DNA of 64,000 nt from Gekko japonicus (taxonomy: Eukaryota), in NCBI RefSeq assembly GCF_001447785.1, contig NW_015173680.1, forward strand, positions 936,686-1,000,685, in the 5' to 3' direction. The notes under the pieces were generated by a model. It ran no database searches. It was not told where the DNA came from and saw nothing but the letters and a program-made list of their open reading frames with translations. A program made the position numbers and the translations under genes. Shown here piece by piece: positions 58,301 through 64,000 of the stretch (its first letter is position 1; the number at the start of each line of letters is the position of its first letter).

Positions 58301-61300
58301 CGAGTCAGCTAGGGATAGGATGAACGTAAAAACCTTATCGAGGCCAGCAGTTGTGGCTGTAAAGGCGTCAGTGTCCAAAAAGGAGCAGAAGCGTTTCCAC
58401 TTGTAATCGTACGACTGACGTGTGGACGCTTTCCAAGAGTTCGTGAGGACCTCAATCACACGAGAACGCCGGGCCTGTATCCGCCACGCAGTCAGCTTGA
58501 GCTGTGGGAGGTTGTGATGGAGCACAGGCAACTGAGACAGGTGGAGCAAGTCTGGAGACGGTGGGAATTGGTGATACATCCCGGCCGACAGTTCCAGGAC
58601 CGTGGAGAACCACGGCTGCCTTGGCCACCAAGGCGCTATGAGGATGTCTGCGTTTTCCTCGAGAATCCTCCTGACAACTCTGAGGAGCAGTGGCAGGGGG
58701 GGAAACATGTAGAGGAGCGAAGTGGACCACAGGTAAAGGAGGCCATCCCCGAGAGATAAGGGGTCGCCCCCTCCTCGGCTGCAGACAAGGCGACATTTGG
58801 TGTTGTGCCTGGTCGCAAACACGTCCACTAGGGGAGTCCCCCACCCGCGGAAGAGTGGAGCCAGGTATGAGGGGTTTAGCCCCCATTCGTGCAGGCTGAG
58901 TCCCGAACGACTGAGTTGGTCCGCTTCCGCGTTCAGATGTCCCGGAAGGTGAACAGTGATGAGGAATATGTTGTGGGCGATGCAGAAATCCCACAGGGCG
59001 ATGGCGAGGTTGCAGAGGCGCAGTGACACGGTGCCTCCCTGCCTGTTGACGTATGACAGAGCAGTCGTATTGTCTGTCAAGACAGTGACACATTTTTCGG
59101 TGATTAACGGACGGAAGCTGGTAACAACGTGTCGTATAGCCATCAGCTCTAGGTAATTGATGTGACGACGAGCTGTGCGTTCGTCTCACATGTCTCCTAT
59201 GGAGATGTCCATGGAGTGAGCTCCCCATCCCTGCAAGGAAGCGTCTGTGGCGACCGTAACCTCTGGAGACGGAGGGTGGAAGGGGGCCCCTTGCAGAAGA
59301 TTGGATGGCAGGGTCCACCATTCCAGGGATTGCAGCACCACCGGGGGTGGAATCTAGGATGGTGCCAATGTACCGAATCTGTTGCATTGGACACAATTGG
59401 GACTTCGGATGAATGACCATGAGTCCAAGAGTGTTCAGAAGGGACAGCGCTTCCTCGACGTTGGCTAACAGTGGCTGTCGGGAAGATGCCACTAGCAACC
59501 AGTCGTCTATGTATGGGTATAGATATTCCTCTCAAACGCAGGAAGGCTGCGACGACGATCATCGTCTTTGTAAATACCCATGGGGCGCTGGAAAGGCCGA
59601 AGGGAAGAGCCGTGTACTGGTAGTGGTGGTGGCCAATTGCGAATCTCAGGAATTGGCGGTGGGTGGGGTGGATAGTGATATGGAAGTAAGCGTCCTGGAG
59701 GTCGAGGGTGGCCATCCAGACGCCTCCCTGGAATAATGGCAAAAACTGCTGTAGGGACACCATGCGAAATGATGGTAAGTTTCGAACCTGTTCAGTTCTC
59801 TGAGGTCTAGGCTGGGACGAAGACCTCCGTCCCTCTTCGGGACCAGCCCCCCCCTCTCCACCCACCCGGCGGCAGCGTTAGCAGAGCGTCTCCTGCGCAT
59901 GCGCAGGAGACACTCTTGCACTTTCGGGGGGATTTTAACATCCCCCCGAATTTTTTTAAAACTTTTTTTATTTTTGTGCACACGTGGGGACTGGCCCACG
60001 TGTGCACAAACCTCCCCCGGCCCCCCAGCTGCCCCCTCCGTGCTGATTTAAGTATCCGCACGGAGGGGGCAACTTGGCTATTAGTATAAGGATTTCTTTA
60101 TTGTCCAAATGCAGGTAAAAATTCCCATTGTAATAAAAGAACTGAAAACTGCCATGATGATAATGCATTCACTATTAACAAGATTGTTTCACTAAATTGC
60201 ATTAGAGCTTTATTCAGGTCCAGCCAGTGCGCTTGATTAAATTTGCACAAGGGACTGACAGACTGCATTCTCCTATCCCAACGGGGGGGGGGGGCAGTTT
60301 TCCCAAGAGGAGAGAAGTACAGACATCCTTGAATCTCTCTGAAAAAAGTGGAGATGCACCTTACTTGGGGGAGGGCATCAGATGCTTCAAGCTTTGAATA
60401 GATTATGGATAGCATCAGGAAGAATTAGAATATTGTTGCTTTGACAAAGGAGCTGAAAGACAGTAACTGAAAGCCTCTGTATTCTGTCCATCAAGCAGGG
60501 TGTGTTATCTAAAAGTAGCTAAATGTGCCAACTGAAGAACTATACCACATCCTCTCTAGGCCTGGAGAAATCCTAATGTGGCAGTACACCAGTACAATAC
60601 AGTAAGTCCATCAAGCAAGAACATGACTAGTAAACAGTAACTGACAAATTGCACCTGGTCCCATGACATATGTAGAATGGTTAGAGTGAAATACTGAGAT
60701 ATGGGTGATGCAGGTTCACATTCACACTTTTCCATGGCAGCTTGATGGGTGACCTTGGACAAATCACACATATTCAACCTAAACTACTTCACAGGGTTGT
60801 GGAGGATAAAATGGAAGAAAGGAGAACAAGGTAAGCTGCTCTGGATGCCCATGGGAGGGGGGGGAGGAGCAGGGTATATTTAATTTTGTTAAGTGGGTCA
60901 AAAGCTGTTGAATTGATATATACCTGTAGCAAACAAATTGAAGAATCATACTATGGGGGAAGAATTGGGGGCTCTATTTACCTGTATGCATCTGTCCACC
61001 ATACTCTGTGTCAGACCTTCAGACTTCTTTTTGGCTTTGCTTACCCTATTAAAAAAGAACTGTAAATACACATTCATTTCCGCCCAGCCATTCTTTTTGC
61101 CTCCCTTCCCCCATAGCTTTCTGGCATAATCCTCAACCCAAATGTTAGCAGTACTAGATGAATCCTTGAAGGTCAGTCTGTTAATTGATTTTCATAAATT
61201 ACAGTTTGGAAAACTAGCTCTTGATGTGTGGAATCCAAAGCTCTTCAACAGGCTAGAAAAGCCACATGTTTTACAAGAACCAGACACTGAGGACTTCAGC

Positions 61301-63954
61301 AGCTTTGCAAGATGAAATGACATTTACATTTTATCCCACCCAACTTTCTGGAATGCCTTATCTTACCCATATTCTCCAAGGAGTGTTGGTAGCCAGCTAC
61401 CAGGTCACTACTAGAGGCTGAGCACATGCTTTGCACAGAGACAATCCCAGGTTCAATCCCTGATAACTCCACTTAAGTAGTCTCAGGTAACAAGGTCCAA
61501 ATTTTAAGAACCACTGCCAGTCAAAGCAGACAAGACAGGCCAGATTGCCTACACTCACTTCTTATGTCCACAGATATCGATGGTAAGTAGAGCTTCATTT
61601 GATTTACAGGTCCAAACATCTGCATTTCAGAATGAAGCCCGGACTTCACTGCCAAGGTTACCAGTAATATCCTCCAGGCTGAACACACCTGAGATTATCA
61701 TCAGCGCCTCCAACCACGACTAGGCTGTTTTCAGCTCGAAGCTTCTCTCGGAAATCTTCCATTGCTTCACTGTTACACTGGAGGGAGTTCTGACCAATCA
61801 CAAAAAGAACTGGAGTTTTCATGTCCAGAAGAGGATCATCAACATCCTGCAACCCAAAATAATCTATTTTAGACATTGGTGGTTTTAGACCATGCAGGGA
61901 CCAAACACTGGACTTAGCATGAGTGTTCCTTCTCTCTGGACAGAAAGAAGATGCGCTGATGAGAGCAGTTCCTTCAGTCAGCATCAGAAGACAGGGCTAA
62001 ATGTGTTTTTGCACTGTTCTAGTGGAGGAAGCCCATCCCAATTCAAGAAAAGTTAGAAAGCTAGAGGAAAATATTACGGAACACTAATAAAATCCCATTT
62101 AGAACAAAGACACTGAACTGCTGTTCTTGCTTATTTAACACAAAAAAAGGAAAGAGAAAAAACAGGAGGTACTCTCTGTGAATGGTACAAGAGAAAACAA
62201 GATACAAAACAGAAGGGAGATCTCAGACCACCTCACTTTTGAAGAGAAGACAAAGGAGAGCTCCTGCAGGGAGGGCTGGTCAATGAATCTGCCTGTGCTA
62301 AAAAAGGAATCTTCTTTACAGCTGATCTTGACTTGCTGTATGGCTGCTCCTTTCAGTGTGTGCACAAAGTGAAGCAGAAGGTGTGCCACTGTTGATCACT
62401 ACAAGTGTACACCAACAGCATGTTCTTTCAAAAAGCATCAAAGCAAGGTTCTCAGGATAGCTCTCTACCATCCCTTCTCTCTGGTAGACAGGGACATGGC
62501 CCACGATGGATGGGTCAAGTTCCACCTCTCCCTAAAAGTGACCAATAGGAGCTAAAGCAATGTTGCTAAGTGGAGCAGTTGGAAAACAGCCATTAGTGGA
62601 GTGGAGAAAACAGTTGGAAAACAGCCATTAGCAGAGTGAAGTATGTGGCTGAAAAGGAGCTCACCACTGACCGGAAAAAGGTCAGCTTGTAATGAGGAAT
62701 CCCAAAAGCCTGAATAGGGAAATAGTTCAAATGTTCAACTGAAAAGAAACTTTGTAACCTCTACCTGATTTTCTCCAATGTTATGTTCAAACCATAAATA
62801 AATGCTAACACATTTGTTTCACCCTGTGGGCTGGTTGCTTATTGTCTTAAGGACATACACACAAGCTAAGATCTCAGCTTATATATAAATGTATATTAGA
62901 CTATGAATACCTGGTAGCAGCGCACAGATGAAGCATGGTTCAAGTCCCCAACCTCACTAGCTCTGTTCAGTGTCTGAGTGAGGGGTGATCATTAAAGAGG
63001 ACTAGGCTACCCTGTCTGGTAGTGTCTCTGTGAGTGAGAAGGGGAGCTCGTATGTGAAATGGTCATAACTCTCTATATATCTTAAAAGAGGGAAGACATG
63101 TGGTGAACTGTGACTGCCTGACCTACCTGTAACCATGACCCTGTAGGACAGAAATTGTGGAGGGTGGTGGAGACTCTGAGTGAGTGAAACAGTGTCTCAC
63201 AGCCCCCTTCTTTGGTTTCAGCTCTGAGAGGACAGTATGGGGGAGCTTCTAGATAACAAACTCTCAGAAAGCCTTGCATGCTCCATATCTGATTTGTCAT
63301 GCAAAATAAAAAATATCTGCCACTAAGGAGAAAGTCTGTGCAGTCTCCTTACAACTCCAGATAATGCCCGATCTCCTCCTTTTTAGTATTTAATTGTATG
63401 TTTCTAATTTTGAAAAGTATCCTATCCCCAGAGAATGGGGATGAAAAATACTGCTTCACTGACTCTGAAATCTACAGAACCCTGGAAAAACTCTGTACTC
63501 TCATTTGAGACAGGAATAGGAGCGGCTTCCTCTACAAAATCAAACAGGAACTGTAAAAAAAGTTTAGCCCTGTCTCCAAAGTCCAATGGAAGCAACCACC
63601 ATCTTCAGGACGTCTTCCTACTCCAAAGAAAGGTGCATTTTGTTTTTGCATTCCTCACTATGTGCACTGATATCCATACCTGCATTTGAAGGGATGATGA
63701 GAATGAACAAGCAAAACACTCTGGTTAAGCATTAGGTATTCCAGTCATGTGTAGATAAGATACAGAAAATATTATGATTAAAAAGTACAAGCATGTTATG
63801 ATTAAAAAGTGCAAGCATGGAACCTCACCCAACTTAGCAGTCATCTTTTTTCTAAAGTCTACCCCTATTTCATTCTTACCCCTCTGGGCCCATCCACTGT
63901 TAAGAGAGGGAATCCAAGGCACACAACTGCAGTGACCTCCTCAAGCACTGAAAC
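36781..63954 (-). CDS. KANSL3: KAT8 regulatory NSL complex subunit 3, 3' part (gene starts beyond the window); complement join 63880-63954,61689-61846,60982-61045,56708-56908,54738-54894,49162-49239,44261-44449,41766-41850,40735-40889,40374-40486,39984-40206,38990-39129,38058-38217,36781-37346
   Basis: [43 protein letters not shown]...[46 protein letters not shown]...[22 protein letters not shown] match KANSL3; phases are consistent. Confidence 0.95.
38058..38217 (-). CDS. KANSL3: KANSL3 penultimate exon (inferred)
   Basis: tttttttag|[25 protein letters not shown]...ISVTLPV|gtaag; it supplies the phase 0 to 1 bridge the last exon needs. Confidence 0.75.
38525..38870. repeat. Tandem repeat, 3 x 116 bp, essentially identical copies
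   Basis: Unit GAGCTCAGGGCAACATACAC...AAAGTCATCCACT(TT) starts at 38525, 38641 and 38757. Confidence 0.95.
38990..39129 (-). CDS. KANSL3: KANSL3 exon
   Basis: [23 protein letters not shown]...QPAQ; 140 nt. Confidence 0.92.
39745..39852 (+). mobile_element. CR1 LINE 3' end (short tails also at ~4415-4455, ~30190-30260, ~41305-41325)
   Basis: TGTTGGACTAGATGGGCC...TGATCCAACA...CTCTTATGTTCTTA tail. Confidence 0.75.
39984..40206 (-). CDS. KANSL3: KANSL3 exon
   Basis: TSALK...[16 protein letters not shown]...[27 protein letters not shown]; 223 nt. Confidence 0.93.
40374..40486 (-). CDS. KANSL3: KANSL3 exon
   Basis: [22 protein letters not shown]...SVQ; 113 nt. Confidence 0.92.
40735..40889 (-). 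CDS. KANSL3: KANSL3 exon
   Basis: QSSAADSP...[16 protein letters not shown]...PLQ; 155 nt. Confidence 0.88.
41766..41850 (-). CDS. KANSL3: KANSL3 exon (NAGNAG acceptor)
   Basis: [29 protein letters not shown]; 85 nt. Confidence 0.85.
44261..44449 (-). CDS. KANSL3: KANSL3 exon (acceptor position uncertain)
   Basis: [22 protein letters not shown]...ASPE; 189 nt. Confidence 0.85.
44500..44880 (-). mobile_element. CR1 LINE 3' fragment
   Basis: TAAGAACATAAGA tail plus CR1 3'UTR and ORF2 end in reverse; matches 39745-39852. Confidence 0.8.
49162..49239 (-). CDS. KANSL3: KANSL3 78-nt symmetric (probably alternative) exon
   Basis: [26 protein letters not shown]; ttcag| and |gtgagt; phase 1 to 1. 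Confidence 0.85.
50122..50773. mobile_element. Non-autonomous hAT element, 652 bp
   Basis: TIRs TAGGTGTGTGCA...TGCACAACCCTA; perfect 8-bp TSD GTTTCTAA. Confidence 0.8.
50900..53230 (-). mobile_element. Ancient degenerate DIRS-like retrotransposon relic
   Basis: Minus-strand peptide [36 protein letters not shown] parallels [36 protein letters not shown] of the younger DIRS recombinase; boundaries are approximate. Confidence 0.5.
52773..52950. repeat. Direct duplication, about 85 bp x 2
   Basis: TGTCCCTTGCTTCCTTTAAGATCTATTCT...TCTAGGTTTATCCTAT repeated. Confidence 0.85.
54738..54894 (-). CDS. KANSL3: KANSL3 exon
   Basis: [14 protein letters not shown]...HKTAQ; 157 nt. Confidence 0.95.
55377..55764. 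mobile_element. hAT-Charlie (MER30-like TIR) MITE; truncated related copy at 53239-53470
   Basis: TIRs CAGGGGTGTCAAAC...GTTTGACACCACTG; TSD ATCTAGGG/ATCTAAGG. Confidence 0.85.
56708..56908 (-). CDS. KANSL3: KANSL3 exon
   Basis: [15 protein letters not shown]...PASPSGSE; 201 nt. Confidence 0.95.
57174..59850 (-). mobile_element. DIRS1-like tyrosine-recombinase retrotransposon, 5'-truncated and frameshifted (RT, RNase H, methyltransferase-like domain, YR)
   Basis: RT motifs [42 protein letters not shown]; RNase [31 protein letters not shown]; MT-like DVFAT...YMFPP...[10 protein letters not shown]; [12 protein letters not shown]...W...F.RHY; inverted repeat 57178-57236 / 57451-57509 at the 3' end. 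Confidence 0.93.
58018..58041. other. Assembly gap (24 N)
   Basis: Run of n. Confidence 1.
59888..60071. repeat. Cluster of four consecutive perfect inverted repeats
   Basis: Stems of 12, 11, 16 and 14 bp at 59888-59911, 59923-59950, 59973-60010 and 60030-60071. Confidence 0.9.
60982..61045 (-). CDS. KANSL3: KANSL3 exon
   Basis: [21 protein letters not shown]; 64 nt. Confidence 0.95.
61689..61846 (-). CDS. KANSL3: KANSL3 exon
   Basis: [19 protein letters not shown]...GGADDNLR; 158 nt. Confidence 0.96.
63880..63954 (-). CDS. KANSL3: KANSL3 exon
   Basis: [25 protein letters not shown]; 75 nt. Confidence 0.95.
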
Positions 63955-64000
63955 CTAGAAGTGGGGAGAGAAAGTGTCATCACTTAGCAGCACTGCACAA

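Noticed and set aside
58452-59498. 348-aa minus-strand ORF as a separate gene
   Set aside because: It is an alternative frame of the GC-rich, frameshifted DIRS pol region; only its N-terminus is RT-like.
60090-60420. Possible LINE C-terminal remnant next to the hairpin cluster
   Set aside because: The similarity is too weak to assign without a search.

Overview
This is vertebrate genomic DNA, most likely from a gecko-type squamate (inferred from Squam3-like tRNA SINEs, CR1/L2/Rex1/Penelope fragments and hAT MITEs). Five spliced protein-coding genes can be reconstructed exon by exon with GT-AG boundaries and consistent phases. They are the 3' half of GGCX (+, 1-6810), DKK4 (+, 12165-15239, 221 aa), POLB (-, 17266-28835, 335 aa), an intron-containing UFM1 (+, 31921-34489, 95 aa precursor) and the 3' part of KANSL3 (-, 36781-63954). 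Introns and spacers hold many repeats: hAT MITEs with 8-bp TSDs, a probable solo LTR, a 5'-truncated DIRS tyrosine-recombinase retrotransposon plus an older DIRS relic, and a 3 x 116-bp tandem repeat. The most notable points are: UFM1 in a neighbourhood unlike the mammalian one, with an extended pro-peptide; a TCF/LEF cluster at the DKK4 promoter; an interlocked bidirectional poly(A) site between DKK4 and POLB; extra or alternative KANSL3 exons; and an unexplained run of four perfect hairpins next to the DIRS element. Most ORFs in the six-frame track are spurious. Comparisons to human proteins and to repeat families are from memory and were not searched. No clearly new multi-gene system is supported.
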